Shown in pieces: positions 25,143 through 35,211 of a stretch of DNA of 43,213 nt (its first letter is position 1; the number at the start of each line of letters is the position of its first letter). Position numbers and translations under genes: made by a program. Where the stretch lies: positions 1-43,213 of the forward strand of contig MHII01000010.1 of the NCBI GenBank assembly GCA_001817425.1, read 5' to 3'. The DNA is from Candidatus Buchananbacteria bacterium RIFCSPHIGHO2_02_FULL_39_17 (lineage in GTDB: Bacteria; Patescibacteriota; Patescibacteriia; Buchananbacterales; UBA6539). Below the pieces are notes generated by a model. That model saw only the letters and a list, made by a program, of their open reading frames with translations. It was not told where the DNA came from and ran no database searches.

Positions 25143-25706
25143 TTAACCATTAATATTATCATTAATATTATCATTCTTTTTTTCTAATTTTTCTAATGAT
25201 TTTTTTGGTTCAACTCGCTTCAGCATCTTTAGAGCATTAATTGTTGCCCAAACATTGTTGATTTTATTTTGGGAACCTAGAATTTTAGCCACGATGTTAG
25301 AAATGCCGGACAGATCTAAAACCGCCCGGACGGCACCACCGGCAATAATACCAGTTCCTTTCGGTGCTGGTTTAATTAAAATTTTTGCCGCGCCAAATTT
25401 TACATCAACCCGATGAGGAATCGTCTCATTAATAATCGGAACATTAATCAAATTTTTTCTCGCTTTAGTCGCGGCTTTTCTCACAGCTAAAGTCACGTCA
25501 GCCCCTTTAGCCACCGCGGCGCCCACTCGGCCCGCCCGATCACCAACGACAACGCAAGTCCGAAAGCGCATTCTTTTGCCACCAGCCATAACTCGCGTCA
25601 CCCGAGCAATATCAATAATCGCTTGGTCAAAATCTTTATCTTTTTCAAAACCTTTACCCATTTTTCCTGAAGTCGCTTTATTATTTTTTTTAGTCGTATT
25701 GACCAT
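25143..25706 (-). CDS. rpsE: 30S ribosomal protein S5
   Basis: RVTRVMAGGKRMRF, GTGIIAGG. Confidence 0.96.
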   Translation of the reverse strand: MVNTTKKNNKATSGKMGKGFEKDKDFDQAIIDIARVTRVMAGGKRMRFRTCVVVGDRAGRVGAAVAKGADVTLAVRKAATKARKNLINVPIINETIPHRVDVKFGAAKILIKPAPKGTGIIAGGAVRAVLDLSGISNIVAKILGSQNKINNVWATINALKMLKRVEPKKSLEKLEKKNDNINDNING

Positions 25707-25734
25707 AACAATTAATATTTATTATGATTGAAAA

Positions 25735-26094
25735 TTAAAATTTAAGGCCGCCAGCCCGAGCGCCATCGGCCACAGCCTGGACTCGACCATGATATTGATA
25801 ACTACTTTTATCAAAAACTACCTGAATAACTCCTAACTTTTGCGCTTTTTGAGCAATTAATTTTCCCGTCTCTAAAGCCTTTTGACTTTTAGTCATTTTT
25901 TGATTATTAATTTCTTGGTCAGAGGCCGCCACCAAAGTCACCCCCAACTGATCATCAATTAGCTGGACATACAAGTGATTAAGACTACGAAAAACATTTA
26001 AACGCGGACATTTAGCTGTACCAAAAATTTTTGCTCGCGTGCGAATCTTCCGTCTTAACCTTTTTTCCTGTTTAATTTTTTGATGCCGTGTCAT
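25735..26094 (-). CDS. rplR: 50S ribosomal protein L18
   Basis: PRLNVFRS, YHGRVQAVADGAR. Confidence 0.96.
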   Translation of the reverse strand: MTRHQKIKQEKRLRRKIRTRAKIFGTAKCPRLNVFRSLNHLYVQLIDDQLGVTLVAASDQEINNQKMTKSQKALETGKLIAQKAQKLGVIQVVFDKSSYQYHGRVQAVADGARAGGLKF

Positions 26095-26104
26095 AAATTT
26101 ACTA

Positions 26105-26653
26105 TTAAGCAGTGTCTTTCATGGCGGTTTTACCAGCTTTACGACGAATAATTTCCGTACTATATTTAATGCCTTTACCTTTATAAGGTTCTGGTTTACG
26201 TAAAGCCCTAATCTCAGCGGCCGTGTTGCCAACTAATTGCTTGTCACTGCCAAAAATGGTAACCATATTTTTTTCAACTTTAATTTCAATTCCTTTGGGT
26301 ATTTGAAACTCAATTGGATGAGAATAACCAAGCTTCAAAATTAGAGTATCCCCGCTAACTGTTCCTTTATAACCAATACCATTAATTTCCAATTTCTTAG
26401 AAAAACCTTCAGTCACACCAAGCACCATATTAGCAATTAACCGGCGGAAAAGCCCCCACAATGACCGTTGTCTTTTCTCTTCTGAATTTTTGACTGAAAT
26501 AATAAGTTGGTCATCTTCATGTCTAACATTAACCAACGGATGGATTTCTTTGGATAATTCACCTTTAGGTCCTTTAATCGAAAATTTCTGACCAGTAATT
26601 TTCGCTTCCACCCCGGCGGGAATTAAAATGGGTTGTTTGCCAATGCGACTCAT
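26105..26653 (-). CDS. rplF: 50S ribosomal protein L6
   Basis: MSRIGK, PEPYKGKGI. Confidence 0.97.
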   Translation of the reverse strand: MSRIGKQPILIPAGVEAKITGQKFSIKGPKGELSKEIHPLVNVRHEDDQLIISVKNSEEKRQRSLWGLFRRLIANMVLGVTEGFSKKLEINGIGYKGTVSGDTLILKLGYSHPIEFQIPKGIEIKVEKNMVTIFGSDKQLVGNTAAEIRALRKPEPYKGKGIKYSTEIIRRKAGKTAMKDTA

Positions 26654-26688
26654 AATTTAACAATTAACAGTTAACTATTAACAATTAA

Positions 26689-27090
26689 TTAATAAACCTC
26701 ACAAATAATTTCACCACCCAAGTGTCGTTTCTTTGCTTCTTTATTAGTCATAATGCCTTGGGGGGTAGAAATAATGGCTAAACCTAAGTTATTTAAAACC
26801 ACAGGCAACTGGCCGGCTTTTTGATAAACTCTACGGCCTGGTTTACTGATTCGCTTTAAATTACTAATCGCCGGCTCACGGCCCAAATATTTAAGGCCAA
26901 CTTTTAATTCATCGTAACTATTACTCCCCTTACTTTTTTCAATTATTTCCGCCATTGTTAAATAACCAGCGCCAACTAAAATTTTCGCAATCGCCAATTT
27001 GACTTTAGAATAAGGCAAAACCACCTCTGACTTATGAACAGCCAAGGCATTTCTAATTTGTGATAACATATCAGCAATTGGATCAGTCAT
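26689..27090 (-). CDS. rpsH: 30S ribosomal protein S8
   Basis: MTDPIADML, ISKPGRRVY, GGEIIC. Confidence 0.97.
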   Translation of the reverse strand: MTDPIADMLSQIRNALAVHKSEVVLPYSKVKLAIAKILVGAGYLTMAEIIEKSKGSNSYDELKVGLKYLGREPAISNLKRISKPGRRVYQKAGQLPVVLNNLGLAIISTPQGIMTNKEAKKRHLGGEIICEVY

Positions 27091-27092
27091 AA

Positions 27093-27198
27093 CTTTAGCT
27101 TATTAGCTTATTAGCTTGTAGCTTCTCAGATTCTTTATTTTTAGCTTTCATTTTAATCCCTTTCCTAAAAAGCTAAAAAGCTACAAGCTACCAGCTAA
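27093..27198. repeat. inverted array (TAGCTTA)n ... (AAGCTAN)n
   Basis: tagcttattagcttattagcttgtagctt ... aagctaaaaagctacaagctaccagcta. Confidence 0.8.
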
Positions 27199-27199
27199 T

Positions 27200-27385
27200 T
27201 TACCAGCTGGATTTGCGAATGCCCGGAATCTGACCATTATCGGCTAATTCGCGAAAGCAAATTCGACACAAATTAAAATCGCGCATGTATCCCCTGGCCC
27301 GACCGCAACGCCAACAGCGCCGCACCAGCCGCGTTGAATATTTTGGTTTTTTTAAAATTTTAGAAATTTTTGCTTGTGTCGACAT
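27200..27385 (-). CDS. rpsZ: 30S ribosomal protein S14, zinc-binding type Z
   Basis: RCWRCGR...[10 protein letters not shown]...KSSW. Confidence 0.95.
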   Translation of the reverse strand: MSTQAKISKILKKPKYSTRLVRRCWRCGRARGYMRDFNLCRICFRELADNGQIPGIRKSSW

Positions 27386-27538
27386 AATCGGTAGTAACAC
27401 TTTGATTTATTTCTATAAATAATTTAGATGAATATTCCAAGAATATTTACAGAATATAACAAAGAATTATTAATTAGTTACTTTTGTTTCCTGCTCCGGC
27501 AGGAAACTTATCAAAGTTTCACTACCGGTCATAAAATT

Positions 27539-28078
27539 TTATTGACGAAAAGGAAATCCCAATGATTTAAATAATTCTAATCCAATCTCTTGAGAACCGG
27601 CATTGGTGGCAATGGAGACTTGTAAACCATGAATTTTTTCTACTTCATCTGATCGAATCTCTGGAAAAGCGATATTTTCTTTCAAACCAATGTTTAAATT
27701 GCCGTTGGGATCAACTGATTTTGTGTCTAAACCGCGAAAATCGCGGATCCGAGGCAAAGTCACATTAATTAGTTTGTCAATAAAATCATACATTTTTTTC
27801 CCTCGCAGCGTGACCATCATCCCGACGATCAAACCTTGCCGGATTTTAAAATTAGAAATTGATTTTTTTGCCGCGACTTTAACTGGTCGCTGTCCAGAAA
27901 TTCGCTGTAAAGTTGCTTCCACCACCTCATTAAATTTCGCATCCCGCAAACCCTGACCTGTACCAACATTAACCACAACTTTAGTTAATTTTGGGACGGC
28001 TAAATTATTTTGATAACCAAATTTAACCTTAAGTCTAGGTACAACCTCTTTTTGATATTTTTCCTTTAAACGATTCAT
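27539..28078 (-). CDS. rplE: 50S ribosomal protein L5
   Basis: LPRIRDFRG, AFPEI. Confidence 0.97.
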   Translation of the reverse strand: MNRLKEKYQKEVVPRLKVKFGYQNNLAVPKLTKVVVNVGTGQGLRDAKFNEVVEATLQRISGQRPVKVAAKKSISNFKIRQGLIVGMMVTLRGKKMYDFIDKLINVTLPRIRDFRGLDTKSVDPNGNLNIGLKENIAFPEIRSDEVEKIHGLQVSIATNAGSQEIGLELFKSLGFPFRQ

Positions 28079-28383
28079 ATAATTTCTTTACATTTTTTAC
28101 AAATTCTGACTCGTTCGTTATTTTCTAAAATTTTATGGCTGACCCGAGTGATTTTGCCGCATTTCGGACAAACCAAGGCAACGTTACTAATGTTAAGTGC
28201 CGCCGGAAATTGAATTTTTTGACCCTTTTCTCCTTGACGGCGCGCCCGAACGTTTTTGAAAAGCAAATTTATCCCTTCAACTGAAACTTTATTTCTTTTA
28301 GGATAAACCTGCAAAATTTTCCCAGTTTTGCCTTGATCCTTGCCAGCTAAAATTTTTACTTTATCATCTTTTTTAATTTTCAT
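28075..28383 (-). CDS. rplX: 50S ribosomal protein L24
   Basis: KOW motif DDKVKILAGKDQGKTG. Confidence 0.96.
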   Translation of the reverse strand: MKIKKDDKVKILAGKDQGKTGKILQVYPKRNKVSVEGINLLFKNVRARRQGEKGQKIQFPAALNISNVALVCPKCGKITRVSHKILENNERVRICKKCKEII

Positions 28384-28408
28384 AAATTAATCTATTTAAA
28401 CTTGTCGC

Positions 28409-28780
28409 TTATAGAACTTCTAGTGCCAAAGAAATAATTTTAGTAAAACCGCCATCCCTTAATTCTCGAGCAACCGGTCCGAAAATACGTGTCCCTTTTG
28501 GCTCTTTACTTTTAACATCAACAATCACTGCCGCATTATCATCAAAGCGAACATAAGAGCCATCAGACCGCCTGGTTTCTTTTCTGGTTCTCACAATAAC
28601 GGCCTGTAAGACATCACCTTTTTTGACCGCACTGTGAGGGACCGCTTCTTTGACCGCAACGGTAATAATATCCCCTAAGCGGGCATAACGTTTTTTGTGA
28701 CCACCCAAAACTTTAATGCACTGAATTTTTTTTGCCCCAGTGTTATCAGCCACCGTCAGCATTGTCCGCATCTGAATCAT
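28409..28780 (-). CDS. rplN: 50S ribosomal protein L14
   Basis: [21 protein letters not shown]. Confidence 0.97.
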   Translation of the reverse strand: MIQMRTMLTVADNTGAKKIQCIKVLGGHKKRYARLGDIITVAVKEAVPHSAVKKGDVLQAVIVRTRKETRRSDGSYVRFDDNAAVIVDVKSKEPKGTRIFGPVARELRDGGFTKIISLALEVL

Positions 28781-28815
28781 AATAAATAGTGATTAACTTT
28801 TAGAAAAGCTACAAG

Positions 28816-29064
28816 CTAATATAAGACTTGCCATTTTTTATCTTTACTTATTGGTCGACACTCAATAAAATTAACTAAATCACCAACTTTAAATTTATTT
28901 TGCGGATCATGGACTTTGTATTTTTTAGTCACTAAAAAACGCTTAAAATATGTAGCATGGAGCTTAGTTCTTTTGACCACCACGACAATTGTTTTATCCA
29001 TTTTATCAGAAATAACCACCCCCTCAAATTTTCGGCCAATAATTTTATTATTATCTTCAACCAT
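28816..29064 (-). CDS. rpsQ: 30S ribosomal protein S17
   Basis: GVVISDKMDKTIVV, ECRPISKDK. Confidence 0.96.
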   Translation of the reverse strand: MVEDNNKIIGRKFEGVVISDKMDKTIVVVVKRTKLHATYFKRFLVTKKYKVHDPQNKFKVGDLVNFIECRPISKDKKWQVLY

Positions 29065-29077
29065 AAATTTTTAAAAA

Positions 29078-29287
29078 TTAAGATTTTTTTTCTAGCTTCT
29101 TACCGCCTAAAAGAAATAAAACTTGGGCGATATTCTTTCTGGTTTGTCTAATCTCTCTGACATTCTTTAATTGGTCAGAAGACGCCTTAAACCTTAAATC
29201 ACGCAAATGATTGCGCCAATCTTCTAACAATTTCTGTAATTCTTTTTCGCTTTTATTTTTTAATTCTTTATATTCCATAAAAACCAT
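29078..29287 (-). CDS. rpmC: 50S ribosomal protein L29 (start may be 29278)
   Basis: LRFKASSDQLKNVREIRQTRKNIAQV; operon position. Confidence 0.93.
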   Translation of the reverse strand: MVFMEYKELKNKSEKELQKLLEDWRNHLRDLRFKASSDQLKNVREIRQTRKNIAQVLFLLGGKKLEKKS

Positions 29288-29692
29288 TTATTTGCTAATA
29301 AAAACCGTTTTAACGGGCAATTTATGGGCGGCTAATCTCATTGCTTCTCTGGCTTTATCCGGTATTACCCCGTCCATTTCAAATAAAATCATACCCGGTT
29401 TAACCACCACAACGTAATGGTCAACCGGGCCCTTGCCTGAGCCCATAGTTGATTGCTCCCCTTTTTGAGTGACTGGCTTGTCAGGAAAAACCCGAATCCA
29501 AATTTTGCCGCCACGCTGAATAAAACGGGTCATCGCCCGACGCGCGGCTTCAATTTGACGAGCAGACAACCAACAATTCCCCTGAGCCTTTAAACCATAT
29601 TTACCAAAAGTCAGCTCCGTTTTCGCTGAAGCCTTGCCTTTCAAAACTCCCTTATGCCATTTGCGATGTTTTACTTTTCTTGGGGATAACAT
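29288..29692 (-). CDS. rplP: 50S ribosomal protein L16
   Basis: [22 protein letters not shown]. Confidence 0.97.
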   Translation of the reverse strand: MLSPRKVKHRKWHKGVLKGKASAKTELTFGKYGLKAQGNCWLSARQIEAARRAMTRFIQRGGKIWIRVFPDKPVTQKGEQSTMGSGKGPVDHYVVVVKPGMILFEMDGVIPDKAREAMRLAAHKLPVKTVFISK

Positions 29693-29695
29693 AAA

Positions 29696-30361
29696 TTATT
29701 TTTTATTGACCTTGGTTTCATTTTCTTTTTTAAAAATTTCACCTTTATAAATCCAGACTTTAACGCCGATTGTCCCATAAGTCGTATGGGCAACACCGCG
29801 AGCATAATCAATATCAGCTCTAAGGGTGTGCAAAGGTAAATTACCTGAACTCAAGCTTTCTTCCCGAGCAATTTCCGCACCGTTTAAGCGGCCGGAAATA
29901 TTAACTTTAATGCCCTTAGCGTCTGTCTTACTGACTTTACCGATCGCTTGTTTTAAAATTCGCCGATAAGGTACGCGCTTTTCTAAATCAGCAATCATTG
30001 ATTGTAAAACTAATTCGGCGGAAAGATTCGGATTAGTCACTTCTTTAATATTAATATTCAAGGTCGTTTTTGGTTCCAAAAGCTGTTTTTTTATTTTCTT
30101 TTTTAATTCTTCAATACCTTGACCACCTCGACCAATAATCACTCCTGGTTTGGCCGAATGAATAATAATCGTCACAGCCGCCGGTGACCGCTCAATCTCA
30201 ATCTGGGACACTGAAGCGTCTTTTAGCTCTTTTTTTAAAAACTTCCGAATTAGAACATCCTGTTTCAAAAACTTAGGAAACTCACGGCGGGAAAACCATT
30301 TTGAATCCCAACTATAGATGACGCCCATTCGAAAAATTTTTGGATGTACTTTTTGTCCCAT
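29696..30361 (-). CDS. rpsC: 30S ribosomal protein S3
   Basis: MGQKVHP, GRLNGAEIAR, PLHTLRADIDY. Confidence 0.97.
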   Translation of the reverse strand: MGQKVHPKIFRMGVIYSWDSKWFSRREFPKFLKQDVLIRKFLKKELKDASVSQIEIERSPAAVTIIIHSAKPGVIIGRGGQGIEELKKKIKKQLLEPKTTLNINIKEVTNPNLSAELVLQSMIADLEKRVPYRRILKQAIGKVSKTDAKGIKVNISGRLNGAEIAREESLSSGNLPLHTLRADIDYARGVAHTTYGTIGVKVWIYKGEIFKKENETKVNKK

Positions 30362-30362
30362 A

Positions 30363-30442
30363 TTTTAGCTTCTTAGCTTCTTAGCTTCTTAGCTTCTTAG
30401 AGTTTTTACGTTCTCCTAATAAGCTAAAAAGCTACAAGCTAA
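30363..30442. repeat. inverted array (TTAGCTTC)4 ... AAGCTA units
   Basis: ttagcttcttagcttcttagcttcttagcttcttag ... aagctaaaaagctacaagcta. Confidence 0.8.
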
Positions 30443-30451
30443 TTCCTAATT

Positions 30452-31051
30452 TCAGCCGGTTTTACGTTGAAAAAATTTCTTAAGAAAGCCTTTACTTTCC
30501 TTAAAACTTTGGTCTCGACCTTTTTGAAAAGTTTTTGGTTTTTCTGTCTTTTTTTCCTCTGGCTTAACTTCTTTTTCGGCAACTGCGGCTTGATTTTTCG
30601 TCATTTGTTCTGTCTCTTGTTTGACTGTTTTTTTCTTTGCTCCTGGACTAACCCCTAAAATTAATTTAATATGGCTGCTTCTTTTACGAATCATCCCGGC
30701 TCGACCATAAGCTTTTGGTTGCCAACGTTTTAAAAATGGCCCATCATTAACAATAATTGTTTTAATAAATAAATCTTTAACCATAAAACCAAAATTGTGT
30801 TCAGCATTAGCCACGGCTGAATTGATCAATTTCACCAAGGGACGAACCGCCGCTTTATTGACGAAACGTAAATAATTCAGGGCTTTCTCAACCTCATTAC
30901 CGGGCAAAAAATTAGTGACCAATCTCACTTTTTTAGGAGACATCCGAAGGTAATTAAGCATAGCGGTAATTTCAGCTACCTCTTTTTTCGTCGGCTTTTT
31001 TGCCATTACCTCTTTCGCGTCCGCTTGATTTTTTTTACCACTTTTTTCCAT
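30452..31051 (-). CDS. rplV: 50S ribosomal protein L22 with N- and C-terminal extensions
   Basis: RMSPKKVRLV, SAVANAEHN, RSSHI. Confidence 0.95.
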   Translation of the reverse strand: MEKSGKKNQADAKEVMAKKPTKKEVAEITAMLNYLRMSPKKVRLVTNFLPGNEVEKALNYLRFVNKAAVRPLVKLINSAVANAEHNFGFMVKDLFIKTIIVNDGPFLKRWQPKAYGRAGMIRKRSSHIKLILGVSPGAKKKTVKQETEQMTKNQAAVAEKEVKPEEKKTEKPKTFQKGRDQSFKESKGFLKKFFQRKTG

Positions 31052-31062
31052 AATTTAATAAA

Positions 31063-31401
31063 CTATTTTTTCTCTGCCGCCGCCTGCGCCTTTTGCCTTT
31101 CTTCTGCGGCTTTATCCGATGCCACCTTTTGTTCTTCTTTGGCCATTCGACCACCGTGAATCACAAACTTTCGCGTTTGAGCGAATTCGCCTAAACGATG
31201 ACCAACCATATCTTCCACAATTAAAACTGGAATATGAATTCGTCCATTATGAACGCCAATAGTATAACCCACCATCTCCGGGGTAATCATACTGGCCCGA
31301 TCCCAAGTTTTAACTACGGTTTTATCCCCGGCTTTTAAACGTTGGAGTTTTTTCAATAATTTTTCGTTGACGTATGGACCTTTTTTAAGACTTCTTGACA
31401 T
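31063..31401 (-). CDS. rpsS: 30S ribosomal protein S19
   Basis: [22 protein letters not shown]. Confidence 0.97.
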   Translation of the reverse strand: MSRSLKKGPYVNEKLLKKLQRLKAGDKTVVKTWDRASMITPEMVGYTIGVHNGRIHIPVLIVEDMVGHRLGEFAQTRKFVIHGGRMAKEEQKVASDKAAEERQKAQAAAEKK

Positions 31402-31413
31402 AATTTAGTTTTT

Positions 31414-31488
31414 AGTCCCGATTTTCCTCCCGCCGTGGCGGGATGAAAAATCGAGGATCCGCGATTCCACTTTAATGGAATCGGGACT
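31414..31488. repeat. two-hairpin TCCCGA...CGAGGATCC...TCGGGA element
   Basis: same architecture as the insert at 5215-5280. Confidence 0.65.
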
Positions 31489-31552
31489 TTTAGCTTTTAG
31501 CTTGATGCTAATTTCCTATTTCCTGAAAGCTAAGGGGTAAAAGCTGTTTTAA

Positions 31553-32392
31553 TTATCTTTTTTTCTCTCGACGGCTAATAATAAATTTATTAGAATATTT
31601 TTTATTTTTACGAGTGATGACACCCAAGGCGGGTTTACCCCAAATTGTTTTTGGCGCCTTTAAACCAATCGGATTAACCCCTTCGCCGCCACCATGAGGA
31701 TGGTCAACTGGATTCATCGCTTTACCTCGCACGGTTGGTCGAATACCTCGATGGCGCATCCGGCCCGCTTTGCCATAACGAATATTCATTGCTTCCGGAT
31801 TAGAAACCTGACCAATCGTGGCCATTGATTTTTTCGAAATTAATCTGATTTCTGAAGATGGCAATTTAATCGTCGCATAATCCCCTTCAATTGCCATTAA
31901 TTTGGCCGCGCCGCCGGCCGTGCGAACTAATTGCCCGCCTTTGCCCGGCGTAATTTCAATGTTATAAATCAAAATGCCTAAGGGGATATGCTCAATTGGT
32001 AAACGATTACCAACCTTAATTTCAATCGGATTTTTTGAACAAAGAACGGTTTCACCAACTTTCAATTCAGTGGGAGCGATAATATAACGTTTTTCTCCAT
32101 CTTCATATTGGACTAAAGCAATCCTGGCCTGACGATTGGGATCGTATTCAATTGCTTCTACTTTGCCAGCCAAATCAAACTTATCCTGTTTATAATCAAT
32201 TAGACGGTAAAATTGTTTTGCGCCGCCGCCGCGATGCCGAACCGTAATTTTGCCATAAAAATTGCGGCCGCCGGTTCTCTTTTTTATCTTAATCAGTTTT
32301 TTTTCCGGTTTTCCTTTAGTAATTTCCTCAAAAGTCGAAACTGAAGTTTGGCGCCGGCCCGGAGTTGTTGGATTGTAAATTTTAATTCCCAT
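31553..32392 (-). CDS. rplB: 50S ribosomal protein L2
   Basis: [20 protein letters not shown]. Confidence 0.97.
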   Translation of the reverse strand: MGIKIYNPTTPGRRQTSVSTFEEITKGKPEKKLIKIKKRTGGRNFYGKITVRHRGGGAKQFYRLIDYKQDKFDLAGKVEAIEYDPNRQARIALVQYEDGEKRYIIAPTELKVGETVLCSKNPIEIKVGNRLPIEHIPLGILIYNIEITPGKGGQLVRTAGGAAKLMAIEGDYATIKLPSSEIRLISKKSMATIGQVSNPEAMNIRYGKAGRMRHRGIRPTVRGKAMNPVDHPHGGGEGVNPIGLKAPKTIWGKPALGVITRKNKKYSNKFIISRREKKR

Positions 32393-32519
32393 ATTCCTTC
32401 GCTTACGCTCAGTCAAATTTAAAATTTAAATCTCAAAAATAAAAATTATGGAGTCCCGACTCCGTCGGGACGGAATAATTACTTAAATTTTGATTTTTGA
32501 ATTTTGAATTTTGAATTTT
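32393..32519. repeat. intergenic element filling the whole rplW-rplB gap
   Basis: homologous to 23088-23327; left end also matches ~5090-5140. Confidence 0.8.
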
Positions 32520-32966
32520 TTAGACTCCTTCATAAATTTCAATTTTATCACCCGGTTTCAAAGTCACAACTGCTTTTTTCCAATCTTTAGTTTTCCCGGC
32601 TGTTCTGCCGTAGCGAACTGACTTTCCCGAAAAATTCGCGATATTAATTTTAATTGGTTCAACTTTATAAATTGCCCGTACGGCTTTTTTAATCTCAACT
32701 TTATTCATTTTGGGGTTAACGACAAAAAGGTATTTTCCAGCGGCACTTAGACTACTTGCCTTTTCCGTGACCAACGGCTTAACCAAGACGCGATAAGCTT
32801 GCTTCGTTAATCCTTTAATCACTTGATCAGATTTTTTAACGGCAATTTTTTCTTTGCTAACTGGCACTGGCTGCTTTTTTTCTTCAGCTAATTTTGACAC
32901 CAGCGCCTTTTCCGTTTTTTTACCAGCGTCAACACTTTTAGTTTTGAAACGATTAAAAATTCCCAT
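32520..32966 (-). CDS. rplW: 50S ribosomal protein L23 with N-terminal extension
   Basis: PLVTEKA, WKKAVVTL. Confidence 0.95.
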   Translation of the reverse strand: MGIFNRFKTKSVDAGKKTEKALVSKLAEEKKQPVPVSKEKIAVKKSDQVIKGLTKQAYRVLVKPLVTEKASSLSAAGKYLFVVNPKMNKVEIKKAVRAIYKVEPIKINIANFSGKSVRYGRTAGKTKDWKKAVVTLKPGDKIEIYEGV

Positions 32967-32968
32967 AT

Positions 32969-33673
32969 TTATTTAACAAAAGTTTTCTCAATCACTTCTA
33001 ACGTCCCTAAAGGCATTAAAAGATAATTATTTTTTACGACTTGCCAGACATTTAAACTATCAGCCAAAATAATATCAAGTTTCGGAATATTTCTAGCCGC
33101 CCTTAAGAGACTCTGGTTTTTTTGGGGTAAAACCAATAAAATCGCCTTATTCTTTTTTGCCGGCAAATTTATTATTGCCGAATCCTTATCCTTTTTTTCT
33201 GAATTTTTCTTGCGGGTTTTTACTCTTAAATTAACATTTTGCAAAATTTGAAAAAATTTTTTCGTCTTTGGTTGATCTAATTCTAATTTATCAATTAAAA
33301 TAATTTTTTCATGTTTAGCCTTATCCGACAAAACCATCAACAAAGCCTGTCTTTTTTCTTTTTTATTGATTTTTAAAGAAAAATTCCGTTCTTTGGTTGG
33401 ACCAAAAGTCACTCCACCCCCTCGCCAAAGCGGAGAACGAATCGAACCATGCCTCGCTCGTCCAGTGCCTTTCTGCCGCCAAGGTTTTCTGCCGCCACCG
33501 CGCACTTCCCCTTTATTTTTGGTGTGAGCCAAAACTTGCCTTTGATTGGCCTTTTGGGCAATCACGACAAAACTGACCAAGTCTGGTTTAACCGCCAAAC
33601 CAAAAACTTTTGGATTTAATTCAACTTCACTGACTTTTTCTCCGTTTACATTGTAGACTGGTGTTTTAATCAT
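32969..33673 (-). CDS. rplD: 50S ribosomal protein L4
   Basis: KPWRQKGTGRARHGS. Confidence 0.96.
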   Translation of the reverse strand: MIKTPVYNVNGEKVSEVELNPKVFGLAVKPDLVSFVVIAQKANQRQVLAHTKNKGEVRGGGRKPWRQKGTGRARHGSIRSPLWRGGGVTFGPTKERNFSLKINKKEKRQALLMVLSDKAKHEKIILIDKLELDQPKTKKFFQILQNVNLRVKTRKKNSEKKDKDSAIINLPAKKNKAILLVLPQKNQSLLRAARNIPKLDIILADSLNVWQVVKNNYLLMPLGTLEVIEKTFVK

Positions 33674-33692
33674 ATTTAGTAAATCAAGCAAG

Positions 33693-34430
33693 TCAAGCAA
33701 CGATTTGTTCGTTTGATTTACTGGTTGACTGACTTATCTCTTGATTATTTTGTTCTAGCTCCGCGGCTGGTTTTATCTCAGCTTTATTCTGACTGACTTC
33801 TTCAAGCGCTAAATCACCAGCGCCGATAATCAAAAGTAGACTATTTCTGGCTCCCGGCAAAGCACCTTTAATATAAAGCTCACTTGCCTCTTGATTCACT
33901 TCAATCACTTCAAGATTTTTAATTGTGACTTGGCCACCACCCATCCGTCCAGCCATCCGCACGCCTTTTAACACGTGCTGGGGTCCGGTTGAGCCAATTG
34001 AACCGGGCATACGCAACTGATCTTTGTGGCCATGAGTCGCCGGACTACCGCTAAAACCATGACGCTTCACCACGCCTTGAAATCCCCGCCCTTTGGCATA
34101 GCCGATAACTTCAATTGCATCTCCGGCCTTAAAAATTCTGGCATTGAGCCGGTCACCCACTTTAATTTTTTTAACATCTTGGGCCGAAATTCTAAATTCT
34201 TTTAAATAACGAAAGTTGCCTAAATTTTTTAAATGGCCTTGGATTGATTTACTTAAGCCTTTTTTACTGCCAAAACCCAACTGAACGGCAAAATAGCCAT
34301 CTTGCTCCTGGGACTTTATTTGCGTAACCACGCACGGCCCGGCAATAACTTTAGTCACTGGAATCACGCGACCATCAGCCGCAAATTTTTGGGTCATTTC
34401 TTTTTTTTCCGCTAAAATGAATTTGGCCAT
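33693..34430 (-). CDS. rplC: 50S ribosomal protein L3
   Basis: KGRGFQGVVKRHGF, PGSIG, MAGRMG. Confidence 0.97.
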   Translation of the reverse strand: MAKFILAEKKEMTQKFAADGRVIPVTKVIAGPCVVTQIKSQEQDGYFAVQLGFGSKKGLSKSIQGHLKNLGNFRYLKEFRISAQDVKKIKVGDRLNARIFKAGDAIEVIGYAKGRGFQGVVKRHGFSGSPATHGHKDQLRMPGSIGSTGPQHVLKGVRMAGRMGGGQVTIKNLEVIEVNQEASELYIKGALPGARNSLLLIIGAGDLALEEVSQNKAEIKPAAELEQNNQEISQSTSKSNEQIVA

Positions 34431-34486
34431 ATTATTAAAAATTGACTACCTCTATCGGTCTAATTTTGGTTAAATCTATTGAAATA

Positions 34487-34570
34487 TAATGCTAATCTAC
34501 AAATTTATACCAATCTATGACTACGACAAATGAATTCGTATTATTCGCACCCATTTGTAGCTTCGCATTA
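34487..34570. repeat. imperfect palindrome TAATGC...GCATTA, copy 2
   Basis: related to 14726-14809. Confidence 0.7.
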
Positions 34571-34767
34571 TTTATAATATAAAATAAAAAATCTGCCTCA
34601 AGAAGCCAGATTTAATGAATTGAACTGGCGAATTGTTGGCTTTTAAATTTCTTAAAGTTGTAAATCTCCTTAAATAATCTTTTGAACGAATAGAGGTTTT
34701 TCCCGCCAAATTTAGGGAAGCTTTCTCTATCTTTTCCAAGATTAAGTGTTTCTTTGGTCTTTAACCC

Positions 34768-35136
34768 TTAAACCATTTTTATTTCCACATCCACTCCAGC
34801 GGGCAAATTCAAGTTCGTTAACGAATCAACGGTCTTGGGCGTCGGATCAATAATATCAAGCAATCTTTTATGAATCCTCATTTCATACTGATCGCGCGAA
34901 TCTTTATGGACAAAGGAGGAACGGATTACCGTGTATTTCTTTTTTTCCGTCGGTAAAGGAATCGGGCCTAAAACTTTTGCCCCAGTCCGCTCAGCGGTTT
35001 CCATGATTGTCCGAGTCGACTGATCAATAATTTTATGATCGTAGGCTCTGATTTTAATCCGAATTTTTTGCTTACTTTCTTCGGCTTCTTCCTCAGCTTT
35101 CCGGGAGGAAACCGGAACTTTTTTTATCGCCACCAT
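34768..35136 (-). CDS. rpsJ: 30S ribosomal protein S10
   Basis: [26 protein letters not shown]. Confidence 0.97.
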   Translation of the reverse strand: MVAIKKVPVSSRKAEEEAEESKQKIRIKIRAYDHKIIDQSTRTIMETAERTGAKVLGPIPLPTEKKKYTVIRSSFVHKDSRDQYEMRIHKRLLDIIDPTPKTVDSLTNLNLPAGVDVEIKMV

Positions 35137-35155
35137 GTTTCAAAAAAGAACTTAC

Positions 35156-35203
35156 CCGCCTTGATGTTAAGCCTGCCTGTCGGCAGACAGGTCGGGGCGG
35201 GGT
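35156..35203. repeat. nested hairpin (CCTGCCTGTCGGCAGACAGG) between tuf and rpsJ
   Basis: cccgcc...cctgcctgtcggcagacagg...ggcggg. Confidence 0.55.
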
Positions 35204-35211
35204 TAATTAAT

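Noticed and set aside
27093-30442. CRISPR array suggested by short periodic repeats
   Set aside because: Units are 7-8 nt tandem repeats without unique spacers; no cas genes.
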